From Christensenellaceae bacterium Phil1 (GTDB lineage Bacteria; Bacillota; Clostridia; Christensenellales; CAG-138), in contig MSGS01000065.1 of assembly GCA_001940855.1 (NCBI GenBank), forward strand, positions 19,107 through 83,106: a stretch of DNA of 64,000 bases. Direction: 5' to 3'. Every line of letters begins with the position of its first letter. Within the stretch, counting starts at the first letter, position 1. Below, one piece after another: positions 18,693-27,266 of the stretch. The position numbers were made by a program, and so were the translations under genes. Under the pieces are notes generated by a model that saw nothing but the letters and a program-made list of their open reading frames with translations, was not told where the DNA came from and made no database searches.

Positions 18693-19229
18693 ATGAGAAG
18701 GCTTAGCGGAGCAAAACTCATATCATTGGGCGCAATGTGCACGGCGCTCGGCGTGCTGTGCCTGTATGCGGCGGCTGTGCTGCCAACGGGTCGCGTGGCG
18801 CTGTATTTCTTAGCATCGCTGTTTGTGTATGTCCCTGCGGCCGAAAGCGCGTATTTGGGCGCGGTTGGCGTTTATTTGGCAACGGGCGTGCTTTCGCTTT
18901 TGATACTGCCCAGCCGTGCCGCTGCCGTGCCGTACATAGTGCTGCTTGGGCATTTCGGCATATTCAAAACGTGGTTCGATTCAGTTATGCCCGATAAGGT
19001 GGTGCAGAGCGCGATAAAGGTGCTTTACTGCGATGTATTCACGGTGCTGGGCGCATTCGCGGCGATAAAGCTTTTTGGGTTTGATATGACTACGCTCAGC
19101 GTTGCGCTGCCCATATGGGCAATAGTGCTCATAATGCAGGCGGCGTTTTTAGCATACGACAAGCTGTATTGGATGTGCCAGCGGTTTTATGACGAGCGTA
19201 TCCGCCCCGCCATAAGCCCGAGAAGGTAG
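18693..19229 (+). CDS. Hypothetical membrane protein (about 5 TM)
   Basis: 178 aa, hydrophobic throughout, with a GAGGTGA RBS. Confidence 0.65.
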   Translation: MRRLSGAKLISLGAMCTALGVLCLYAAAVLPTGRVALYFLASLFVYVPAAESAYLGAVGVYLATGVLSLLILPSRAAAVPYIVLLGHFGIFKTWFDSVMPDKVVQSAIKVLYCDVFTVLGAFAAIKLFGFDMTTLSVALPIWAIVLIMQAAFLAYDKLYWMCQRFYDERIRPAISPRR

Positions 19230-19266
19230 CATGCTTACGCATGGGGTGAAATTGCGCTTAGGCGTT

Positions 19267-19744
19267 GTAGAGGCGGCTATTAGCTGCCCGCTCTAACTCC
19301 TTCCGTCTGCTCGCTTTGCTCGCATCCACCTCCCTAAATGAGGGAGGCTTAACGCAAGAGTTTAGATACCGCCCAAAAGGCTCCCTCTTAGAGGGAGCTG
19401 GCGAGCCGTAGGCGAGACTGAGGGAGTTAAAGGCTCCCCGAACGGGGAGCTGGCAAGCCGAAGGCTTGACTGAGGGGTTGAAACAGACAAAGAGCTGCAA
19501 GCTTGTTTTTACTCCCTCCGTCTTTTGCTTCGCAAAATCCACCTCCCTCAAGGATGGAGGCTTAACGTAAGAGTTTGGACATCGGCCAAAAGGCTCCCTC
19601 ACCGAGGGAGCTGGCTATGAGCGTTAGCGAATAGACTGAGGGAGTTAAAGGCTCCCCGAACGGGGAGCTGGCACGGCGCAAGCCGTGACTGAGGGGTTGA
19701 GGTAAAAAGCATAGCCACGGCGGGAGGCCAATAGCCGCTCCTAC
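19267..19744. repeat. Repeat array of about 480 nt bounded by terminal inverted repeats, containing two ~215-nt tandem units of three two-hairpin modules each
   Basis: The inverted termini are GTAGAGGCGGCTATTAGCTGCCCGC (19267-19291) and the reverse complement of 19720-19744 (GTAGGAGCGGCTATTGGCCTCCCGC), matching at 20 of 25 positions. The units start near 19296 and 19511. Each unit holds one reverse and two forward copies of the module AAAGGCTCCC-loop-GGGAGCTGGC-hairpin-GACTGAGGG. Confidence 0.8.
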
Positions 19745-19778
19745 AAATGGAGTTCACTATTTTCAAAGGAGACACAAC

Positions 19779-20024
19779 ATGAGACTGGACAAATACCTGA
19801 AGGTATCGCGCATAATCAAGCGGCGCACCGTTGCCGCGCAGGCGGCGGACTTGGGCCGCATACAGATAAACGGCAAGGTCGCCAAGCCCTCTACCGAGGT
19901 CAAAGAAGGCGACGAGCTGGACATTTTGATGGGCGGCAAGCATATGCGCGTTAAGGTAATAAGCGTGCGCGAATTCGCTCCCAAGGGCGAGGCTGCCGCG
20001 ATGTATGAAATACTCGGCGAATGA
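19779..20024 (+). CDS. S4-domain RNA-binding protein (YabO/Hsp15-like)
   Basis: [49 protein letters not shown] is a typical S4 domain. AAGGAGA RBS. Confidence 0.85.
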   Translation: MRLDKYLKVSRIIKRRTVAAQAADLGRIQINGKVAKPSTEVKEGDELDILMGGKHMRVKVISVREFAPKGEAAAMYEILGE

Positions 20025-21181
20025 TATACGATAGCGCGGCCGTGTTCGCGGCGATACTTGCCGCGGGCTCATCCTGCCGCATGGGCAGGGACAAGCTTAG
20101 CCTGTCTTTCGGCGGTAAAAGCCCCGTGGAGCTTTCCATAGAGGCTTTTTCGGTATGCCCCATAAATATAGAGGGCATTATTGTTGCCGCTTCTGCGGCA
20201 AATACGGAGGCCGTGAAGGCATTATGCAGCCGCTATGAAAAGGTACACGTTATAGCCGGGGGTGCAAGCCGCGGGGAAAGCGCGCACAACTGCGTTAAGG
20301 AAGCGCTGCGCCTGAGCGCGGGCAGAAAGGCCGTTATTGCGATACATGACGCCGCGCGCTGCCTTGTGGACAGCGGCACGATATGTCGCGCGGTGGAAGC
20401 CGCATTTGCGCACGGCAGCGGCATAGCCGCCATTCCCGCACGGGATACGCTAAGGCGTGCTGACGGGCAAAGCGTGGAGCGGGACGGGCTTCTCGTAATG
20501 CAAACGCCGCAATGCTTTGATTTGGACTCCATTGCCGCTGCGTATGACAAAAGCCGCGCCGACGGCTATCCGGACACGGACGACTGCGCCGTATACATGC
20601 GCTGCATTGGCGCGCCGCATTACAGCGAAGGCAGCATAATGAATCAAAAGCTTACATACGCGGCGGACATACCGTTTTTCACTGCCGCAAAGGGGGGCAC
20701 GATGCGCATAGGTTGCGGAGAGGACACGCATATACTTACCGAAAACCGTAAACTGATACTTGGCGGGGTGGATATTCCCTACGAAAAGGGCCTGCTTGGC
20801 CACAGCGATGCGGACGTGCTGCTGCACGCCGTGACGGACGCGCTGCTGGGCGCGGCTGCGCTGGGGGACATAGGCCGCCACTTCCCCGATACGGATGAAC
20901 GCTACCGCGGCATAAGCAGCCTTACGCTGCTGAGCGCCGCATATGAAAAGATACGCTCCGCGGGCTATGCCGTGGGCAACATAGACGCAACGATAATAGC
21001 CCAGCGCCCCAAGCTCGCCCCGTACATAGACGCCATGCGCGCCAACATTGCCGCCGCGCTCGGCGTAAGCACAGCCGCCGTGAGCGTGAAGGCCACCACT
21101 ACCGAGGGCATGAATGCCGAAGGCCGCGGCGAATGCATAAGCGCAAGGGCAGTCGCCTGCCTGCGCAGTAAGGTTGGTTAA
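20021..21181 (+). CDS. ispDF: Bifunctional 2-C-methyl-D-erythritol 4-phosphate cytidylyltransferase / MEcPP synthase
   Basis: The N-terminal half has [15 protein letters not shown] (IspD). The C-terminal half has [12 protein letters not shown]...[33 protein letters not shown] (IspF). The start overlaps the upstream stop (ATGA). Confidence 0.92.
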   Translation: MIYDSAAVFAAILAAGSSCRMGRDKLSLSFGGKSPVELSIEAFSVCPINIEGIIVAASAANTEAVKALCSRYEKVHVIAGGASRGESAHNCVKEALRLSAGRKAVIAIHDAARCLVDSGTICRAVEAAFAHGSGIAAIPARDTLRRADGQSVERDGLLVMQTPQCFDLDSIAAAYDKSRADGYPDTDDCAVYMRCIGAPHYSEGSIMNQKLTYAADIPFFTAAKGGTMRIGCGEDTHILTENRKLILGGVDIPYEKGLLGHSDADVLLHAVTDALLGAAALGDIGRHFPDTDERYRGISSLTLLSAAYEKIRSAGYAVGNIDATIIAQRPKLAPYIDAMRANIAAALGVSTAAVSVKATTTEGMNAEGRGECISARAVACLRSKVG

Positions 21182-21205
21182 GTTGCTCTGGCTATACACA
21201 CCATA

Positions 21206-21263
21206 CCAAAAGACTCCCTCTTAGAGGGAGCTGGTGAGCCGAAGGCGAGACTGAGGGGTTGAA
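21206..21263 (+). repeat. Solo copy of the two-hairpin module
   Basis: CCAAAAGACTCCCTCTTAGAGGGAGCTGGTGAGCCGAAGGCGAGACTGAGGGGTTGAA lies in the convergent gap between ispDF and the transporter gene. Confidence 0.8.
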
Positions 21264-21272
21264 CCGAACATT

Positions 21273-22469
21273 CTACACTATCAGCATCAAAAGCTTAAAC
21301 AGCCAGTTTGCCACCACGCCCGCGAACAGGCCGCTTATCGTGTGGTACAGTATGGCCTTGGCGGTGAAGCGCGTGCTGTGCAGCAGCTCCATCATGGATA
21401 CATGCGTGCTCAGGTAGCCGCTCCAGCACATGCACATTGCCGTGAAAACGGCTATATCGTTGGTGTTTGCCATGCCGCTTTGCAGAAGCCCGGGTATAAG
21501 CCCCAGCGCCGCCCCTGCCGAGCCAAGCGCCGTTACCGGCACGCTCAGTCCTGCGCTTGAGGAGAAGCCGAACAGCGGATGCAGTATAAAATCAAGCTTT
21601 TCCGCTATCCATGGGAATACGGGTATGCCCTCGTAGGCCGCGCCGGTGTATGCGCCGGTTTCCGATGGGCCGTTGGTAAGCATCATTACTATTGTGCATA
21701 TAACCAGCACGCCAGGTATTATGCCAAGCCCCATGTCCACGCCCTTCTTGCCGCCGTCCATAACCGCATTGAGGAAGCGCATAAGGCCGTTGCCCTTGCC
21801 CTCCGTGGGTTCGCTGGTCTGCTCCGCAGGATCAATAGGCTCCGCCTCCGCCTCGCGGCCCATTGCCTTTGCCGTATGGCGGAGCATAAGGCGCGTTGCC
21901 AGTATGCTGCCGCATACCGCGCCCAGATTGCCGCACAGCGCCGCCAGCCCAACGTGCTCACCGCCCGCCGTGCCAAGGCCGATTATGAACGTTGTAACTA
22001 TCAGGCCCATGCCGAAGCTGGTGCCCAGGTTTGTAAGCGCGGGTATCTGATATGCCTTAAAATAGCGGCGGTATTTGGGGTCGTCCGCAAGGGTGAGTAT
22101 TGCGGGATTGTCGCTGAGATATGTTGTAACTATGCCGAGCGCCGCCGCCCCGGGCATGCCGTACAGCGGCCGCATAAGCGGGGAAAGCACGCGGTTTATC
22201 AATTCCACCACGCCGAATTCCGTAAGCACGGCGGAAAGCGCGCCCACTATTACGGCTATAGCCATAAGGTAAAGCGTGGTGTCCATCAGCAGCCTGTACG
22301 CCGTGTTCATCATTGTGTTCATCATGTTCGCAATGCCCATCGGCACGGCGAAAAACGCAAAGAATAGCACGAAGCATATAAGGAATAATACCGCTTTTAA
22401 TGTTTTGCGGCCGGATTTTGCCTTTGCCGCAGCCTTTATCTCAGCCGCAGCGGTAGAATTTATGCTCAT
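21273..22469 (-). CDS. Membrane protein with nucleoside-recognition (Gate) domains, YjiH/SpmA-like putative transporter
   Basis: 398 aa from ATG 22469. It is polytopic, with LMRPLYGMPGAAALGIVTTYLSDNPAILTLADDPKYRRYF. The track ORF's longer N-terminus would overlap the divergent lysR-type gene and its promoter. Confidence 0.7.
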   Translation of the reverse strand: MSINSTAAAEIKAAAKAKSGRKTLKAVLFLICFVLFFAFFAVPMGIANMMNTMMNTAYRLLMDTTLYLMAIAVIVGALSAVLTEFGVVELINRVLSPLMRPLYGMPGAAALGIVTTYLSDNPAILTLADDPKYRRYFKAYQIPALTNLGTSFGMGLIVTTFIIGLGTAGGEHVGLAALCGNLGAVCGSILATRLMLRHTAKAMGREAEAEPIDPAEQTSEPTEGKGNGLMRFLNAVMDGGKKGVDMGLGIIPGVLVICTIVMMLTNGPSETGAYTGAAYEGIPVFPWIAEKLDFILHPLFGFSSSAGLSVPVTALGSAGAALGLIPGLLQSGMANTNDIAVFTAMCMCWSGYLSTHVSMMELLHSTRFTAKAILYHTISGLFAGVVANWLFKLLMLIV

Positions 22470-22643
22470 TTCTGTTACGGTAGCCCTTTCTTGGAAATAA
22501 TGGGTATTTCTTAGGGAAAAACGAACGTAATACAACCCAAATGCGATTATATAACCATATGCCGCGCAAGTAAAATGAATATACTTTGTGTTATACATGA
22601 GTAAAACTGATATCTTGCAACTAATTGAATATGCCGTGATGCA

Positions 22644-22673
22644 TTGACACGGATATGCTGTAATTATTATAAT
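22644..22673 (+). promoter_or_regulatory. Putative promoter of the LysR-type regulator gene (TTGACA, 18 nt, TATAAT)
   Basis: A perfect TTGACA lies at 22644-22649 and a perfect TATAAT at 22668-22673. The GGGAGG RBS at 22694-22699 precedes GTG 22708. Confidence 0.55.
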
Positions 22674-22707
22674 AAAGCATACCAAAGCGAAACGGGAGGT
22701 CATTGCC

Positions 22708-23577
22708 GTGGCAAACAGCAAATACGCCGCATTCATAGCCGCAGCGGAGGAGGGGAACATGACCGCCGCCGCGCAGAAGCTGGGCTACACCCAATCGGGC
22801 GTGAGCCACCTTGTGCATACGCTGGAGCAGGAATTGGGCGTGCAGCTGCTTATCCGCTCAAAGGCGGGCGTGGAGCTTTCGCCGGAGGGGAAGGCGCTAA
22901 TAGGGCATATACGGCGGCTTATAGCGGCGGAGAACGCCGTGCTGAGCGCTGCGGAGGAATTAAGGGGAGTTGAGCGCGGAACGCTCAGGATAGGCACGTT
23001 TTCAAGCGTGGCAATAGCGTGGCTGCCAAGCGTTATGGCAAGGTTCAATGCGCGCTACCCCGGCATTGCCATAACAATAGAAAACGGCACATATTCGCCC
23101 ATTGAGGATATGCTGAGCAGCTCCCTGCTCGATTGCGCATTCGTTGCGCTGCCTTCGCGCGCGGAGTTTGAAACCGTACCCCTTGCGCGGGACAGGCTGC
23201 TTGCGGTTGTGCATCAGGATAGTCCCCTTGCGGCAAAGCGCAGCCTTTCGGCGGAGGATGTTGCAAACGAAACGTTTATAGTTCCAGCGGAGGGGACAAG
23301 CCATGACGTGGGCCGCTTTTTCTCAAGGGCGGGTATACGGCCCAAGGCCGTGCTGAACATGGGCGATGATTATGCGGCGGCCGCAATGGTGGAACGCGCG
23401 CTGGGCTTCACGATACTGCCGGAGCTTATGCTCGGCGCAATGCACTTGGGCAACGTGCGCACCGTGCCGCTTGAGCACAGCGAAAGGGAGATTGGCCTTG
23501 CCATGAACGCCAATTACCACAGCCCCGCCCTTGCGGCGTTCGGCGCATTTATGCGGGAATTTATAAAAGAAGGGTAA
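22708..23577 (+). CDS. LysR-family transcriptional regulator
   Basis: The HTH region is FIAAAEEGNMTAAAQKLGYTQSGVSHLVHTLEQELGVQLLIR, followed by a substrate-binding domain. It is divergent from the transporter gene, the classic LysR arrangement. GTG start. Confidence 0.9.
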   Translation: MANSKYAAFIAAAEEGNMTAAAQKLGYTQSGVSHLVHTLEQELGVQLLIRSKAGVELSPEGKALIGHIRRLIAAENAVLSAAEELRGVERGTLRIGTFSSVAIAWLPSVMARFNARYPGIAITIENGTYSPIEDMLSSSLLDCAFVALPSRAEFETVPLARDRLLAVVHQDSPLAAKRSLSAEDVANETFIVPAEGTSHDVGRFFSRAGIRPKAVLNMGDDYAAAAMVERALGFTILPELMLGAMHLGNVRTVPLEHSEREIGLAMNANYHSPALAAFGAFMREFIKEG

Positions 23578-23620
23578 AAACAAAGCGGCATGGCCTTTTT
23601 TATGGCTACGCCGCTTTTAT
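23576..23620. terminator. Bidirectional terminator between the lysR-type gene and hup
   Basis: The stem pairs AAGCGGCATGGCC with GGCTACGCCGCTT (one mismatch, one wobble) around a T-rich loop, flanked by A and T tracts. Confidence 0.55.
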
Positions 23621-23638
23621 CGCGTAATGATACCTTAA

Positions 23639-23911
23639 TTAGTTGAGCGCTTCCTTGAGAGCCTTGCCAGCCTTGAAGGTGGCAGCCTTGCTTTCCGCAA
23701 TCTGGATTTCGGCGCCGGTCATGGGGTTGTGGCCCTTATGAGCGGGACGAACGCGGGTCTCGAATACGCCAAAGCCGACCAGCTGTACCTTTTCACCGGC
23801 CTTCAGGGTTTCGGTGATGGTTTCAAGCGCGGCAAGCACTGCCTTTTCGGAATCCTTCCTGGTGAGACCGCTTTTCTCGGCTACTGCGGCTATAAGCTCG
23901 GTTTTGTTCAT
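23639..23911 (-). CDS. hup: DNA-binding protein HU
   Basis: 90 aa: [80 protein letters not shown]. Confidence 0.93.
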   Translation of the reverse strand: MNKTELIAAVAEKSGLTRKDSEKAVLAALETITETLKAGEKVQLVGFGVFETRVRPAHKGHNPMTGAEIQIAESKAATFKAGKALKEALN

Positions 23912-24030
23912 TACTTCTATCCTCCTAAAAATAATTGGCAACAATTTTGCGCATGGGATATTGTATCAGCTTTTTAGCTTGAGTACAAGCACTTTTTGCT
24001 TTTTTGCGTTAAAAAAGCCTTGAATTTCGC

Positions 24031-25458
24031 CTATTTTGCTCCTTGCAGCAGCGCGTGCAGCACTTCCGGCGTAAGCGGCACCATTTCCGTGCCGTTTTGG
24101 CGGGATTCCCGCTCCTTTTCGGCGAATGCGTTAAGGAAGGCGCTGCCTGCATCCCTCAGCGTAAGCTCCGCGTCAAGCCCCAGCGCACGCATAACGTATA
24201 CCGCCGCAAACAGCAGCTCTTCGGCTAAAAGATACAGCGTATCCTTATCCGCACTGTCAGCGTATTCCGTCCGTATCCGCTCCGCCGCTTCCGTAACGGC
24301 CGAAAGCGCGGCGGATGCATCCATATCGAACCCCGTGGCGGCGGCGCGCTTTTGCAGCTTGCCCGCGCGCATAAGGCTTGGGAAGCATTGCGGAACGGCC
24401 TGCATGGCCTCCGTAGCGGAATGGATATGCTTTTCCTTCTTTTTCAGCTCTTCCCAGTTTTTCAGCACCTCTTCCGTGCCGGATACTTTAAGCGCGCTGA
24501 AAACGTGCGGATGGCGGTACATAAGCTTTTTTACTATGCCGGTAGTAACGTCGCGTATTGTAAAGTCGCTCGCTTCCGTTTCTATCTGCGCATGGAAAAC
24601 TATTTGCAGCAGCACGTCGCCCAGTTCCTCGCACAGCGCGTCCATATCGTCCCGCTCTATGGCGTCAACGGCCTCGTAAGCTTCTTCTATCATTGTGTTT
24701 CTCAGGCTCATGTGCGTCTGCTCCCTGTCCCAGGGGCAGCCGTTTTCACCGCGCAGGCGCTTCAATACGTCAACAAGGCTGTCCATGCCGTGCCTGTCCA
24801 GCTGTTCAAGCGCCGCGGGCGGCACTATAAGCACAGTCGCCGCGAAGAAGCTGTTCTTCTGCCTGTCCAGCTCATATAGCTTTATGTCGCTGCAATGGTA
24901 TGCGCCGCGCCCGTCCATGCAGGCAAGCGTAACGCCATGCTCATCGGGATAATATTCGCCAAGCGCCAGCTTAACCTCGCCCGCGCGAATGGGCGTGTCC
25001 ACTTCCTCTATGCACAGCGGCACGCTCGTATCTATGCGGCAGGGCAGTTCGTTCGCGCTCAGTATGCGCACGCAGCCCGTTGGCTGTCCCGCGGCGCACA
25101 GGGCGGCCTCCGCGTAGCCGCTTGCGCTCAGTATGCTCAGCCCTGCGCCCGTTTTATCCGCGCGGGAGCGTATGGCCTCAAGCAGCGCGCTGCCCACACC
25201 GCGGCCAACAGGGGCGTATACCGTGTCCGTATCGCCCTCAAGCAGCCTTTGTGCAATGGCGGCGTTCAATTCGTCAAAGTCATAGCAGCTTTCGTATAAA
25301 TCATCCATGCTGCCGTATTCTATGCCGCTGTCCTTCAGCCAGTATGCGCTGGGGTGCTGCTCGGTTTGGATAAGCAGCCTGTCTGCCGCTATTATGGCCT
25401 GCTGCGCGGCGGCGGTTATGGACAGGGGAGTTGAAAGCGGGGCTATCGTAAGCTTCAT
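24031..25458 (-). CDS. mazG: MazG nucleoside triphosphate pyrophosphohydrolase fused to an N-terminal tetrapyrrole-methylase-like domain (YabN-type)
   Basis: The C-terminal half has LRGENGCPWDREQTHMSLRNTMIEEAYEAVDAIE...EELGDVLLQIVFHAQ (MazG EExxE/D motifs, duplicated). The architecture and its position after the yabM-like gene match Bacillus yabN. Confidence 0.88.
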   Translation of the reverse strand: MKLTIAPLSTPLSITAAAQQAIIAADRLLIQTEQHPSAYWLKDSGIEYGSMDDLYESCYDFDELNAAIAQRLLEGDTDTVYAPVGRGVGSALLEAIRSRADKTGAGLSILSASGYAEAALCAAGQPTGCVRILSANELPCRIDTSVPLCIEEVDTPIRAGEVKLALGEYYPDEHGVTLACMDGRGAYHCSDIKLYELDRQKNSFFAATVLIVPPAALEQLDRHGMDSLVDVLKRLRGENGCPWDREQTHMSLRNTMIEEAYEAVDAIERDDMDALCEELGDVLLQIVFHAQIETEASDFTIRDVTTGIVKKLMYRHPHVFSALKVSGTEEVLKNWEELKKKEKHIHSATEAMQAVPQCFPSLMRAGKLQKRAAATGFDMDASAALSAVTEAAERIRTEYADSADKDTLYLLAEELLFAAVYVMRALGLDAELTLRDAGSAFLNAFAEKERESRQNGTEMVPLTPEVLHALLQGAK

Positions 25459-25472
25459 TGTAAAATATCTCC

Positions 25473-27083
25473 TCAGTGCTTGTTGGTGTTCCCGTACATT
25501 ATGCGCCTCAGCTTGCTTCCGCCGGGGATAAAGCTGAGCTCGTTCGCGTCAAGCATTTTCAGCAATATTGCCAGTATGCCGTATACCGCAACGCCCGCTA
25601 TTACCGCCGCAAGGGTGGCAAGCGTGCCGTGGCCTTTGCCGCTTAAAAACGCATATGTATAATGCACGGTAAGTCCCATTGCCACAGATGCGGCAACAGG
25701 CTTTATGAACGTATCGTAAAGCTTAACGGGGCATTTGGTGCGGCGCATCATGTAAATCGTGTCAGCAACGCCCGCGTATGCATAGCATACCACGGTGGAT
25801 ATCGCCGCGCCCTGGATGTTTACGGACGGTATGTTCATGAGTATAAGCATTGTTATGACCTTGAGTACAAAGCCTATGAACAGATTGAAAACCGGAATCT
25901 GCGGCTTGCCCAGTCCCTGCACAACGCCGGTCATGGCCTGCACCATGGAAAGGAATATAACGCCCATGCTTGCCGTGTGCATAAGGTCCGTGGCAAGCGC
26001 CAATTCGGCCTCGGTAAGCTTTGGATAGAGCATGTGTATAATCGGCTGCGCCAGCACAAAAAGCCCCACCGCGCACGGTATGCCTATTATAAGCGCAAGC
26101 TTAAGCCCAAGCCTTGCCGTGGCCTTTACGCCCCCGCGGTCCCGCATGGCATTCTTGGCCGATATTGCGGGCACAAGGCTCATTGCAAGCGCCATTGTAA
26201 GCACGCCCGGCATGTTTATAAGCGTGGTGACGTATGTTCTGAGGAGTGAGTAGGCGGTTTTTGTGACCTCCTCGCTGTACCCCAATTTCGTAAGCATTCT
26301 GCCTATAAGCGCGCTGTCCACCATGCCTGTGAGCGGGCTTATGGATGCGCCTATGGTTATTGGAATGGCTATTGCAAGCAGCGCCTTTGATACCGTGCCG
26401 AAGCCGCGCGGCTTTGATGCGGAATGCTTAGCAAGCCTGTCAAGCTCCCCTTTGCGCCTGCGGTAGAAAAGATACACAACTATTAGCCCCATCAGCTCGC
26501 TTGCGCTAACGCCTATCAGCGCGCCCATGGCGGCGTATTCGGGGCCCTTGGGCAGCAGCTTTATTGCAAGCGTAAGGCCTATAACAAGCTTGCCCAGCTG
26601 CTCCGCAATCTGCGAAAGGGCTGTTCCCGCCATCTGCTGCATGCCCTGAAGATAGCCGCGATATGCGCACATTATGGATACGAACAGCAGCGCCGGCGCA
26701 AGCGCGCGGAAGCTCAATACGGTTTCGGGATAGGATGTTATGGCGGCGAACACATTCGCGCCAAGGAACATTGCAACGCTTGTTATTATGCCTATTATGC
26801 TCAAAAGCTTTACCGAAACGCCGAGCACTTCCTTTGCCCCCGCATGGTCGCCCAGCGCCACGCGCTCGCTAACCTGCTTTGATATTGCCGTGGGCAGGCC
26901 GGAGGAGGATATTACCAGCAGAAATGAATAATACGGGTATGCCGCGTCGTAATAGCAGGCACCCTCGGGCCCAACTGCGTTTGCAAACGGTATGCGGAAT
27001 ATTGCGCCTATTATTTTTACCATCAGGCCCGCCGCGCCCAGCAGCGCCGCGCCCTGAACAAATGATTTTTGCTTCTTTTCCAT
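25473..27083 (-). CDS. MOP-superfamily polysaccharide/lipid II flippase (SpoVB/YabM/MurJ-like)
   Basis: 536 aa from ATG 27083 (RBS GGTGGAG). About 14 TM helices, with FVQGAALLGAAGLMVKIIGAIFRIPFANAVGPEG at the N-terminus. Confidence 0.85.
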   Translation of the reverse strand: MEKKQKSFVQGAALLGAAGLMVKIIGAIFRIPFANAVGPEGACYYDAAYPYYSFLLVISSSGLPTAISKQVSERVALGDHAGAKEVLGVSVKLLSIIGIITSVAMFLGANVFAAITSYPETVLSFRALAPALLFVSIMCAYRGYLQGMQQMAGTALSQIAEQLGKLVIGLTLAIKLLPKGPEYAAMGALIGVSASELMGLIVVYLFYRRRKGELDRLAKHSASKPRGFGTVSKALLAIAIPITIGASISPLTGMVDSALIGRMLTKLGYSEEVTKTAYSLLRTYVTTLINMPGVLTMALAMSLVPAISAKNAMRDRGGVKATARLGLKLALIIGIPCAVGLFVLAQPIIHMLYPKLTEAELALATDLMHTASMGVIFLSMVQAMTGVVQGLGKPQIPVFNLFIGFVLKVITMLILMNIPSVNIQGAAISTVVCYAYAGVADTIYMMRRTKCPVKLYDTFIKPVAASVAMGLTVHYTYAFLSGKGHGTLATLAAVIAGVAVYGILAILLKMLDANELSFIPGGSKLRRIMYGNTNKH

Positions 27084-27266
27084 GTTTTCTCCACCCTTTG
27101 GCCGCGGCATAGGTTTTCCGCAGCCGGCTGTTATTATATCATAGTATAAGGCTAAAATAAGGGAAAGTATGAATAATTCGCCAACTTTTCAAAATTTGTT
27201 GGCTTTCGGCTTTATATTGGGCGGTTTTGTTGTATAATGATTAACATATAAAACGGAGGTTATGAT

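Noticed and set aside
19230-19778. Possible CRISPR array
   Set aside because: The units are not a constant repeat alternating with unique spacers. The modules occur in both orientations and have variable stems. Terminal inverted repeats bound the region. No cas genes are in the window.
19258-20072. Two minus-strand ORFs (114 aa and 157 aa) covering the 19.2-19.8 kb region
   Set aside because: They are read through the hairpin repeat array. Their peptide repeats (for example ...EPFGR..NS.VKPPS.REVD...) simply mirror the DNA repeats. The second also overlaps the well-supported S4-domain gene in antisense.
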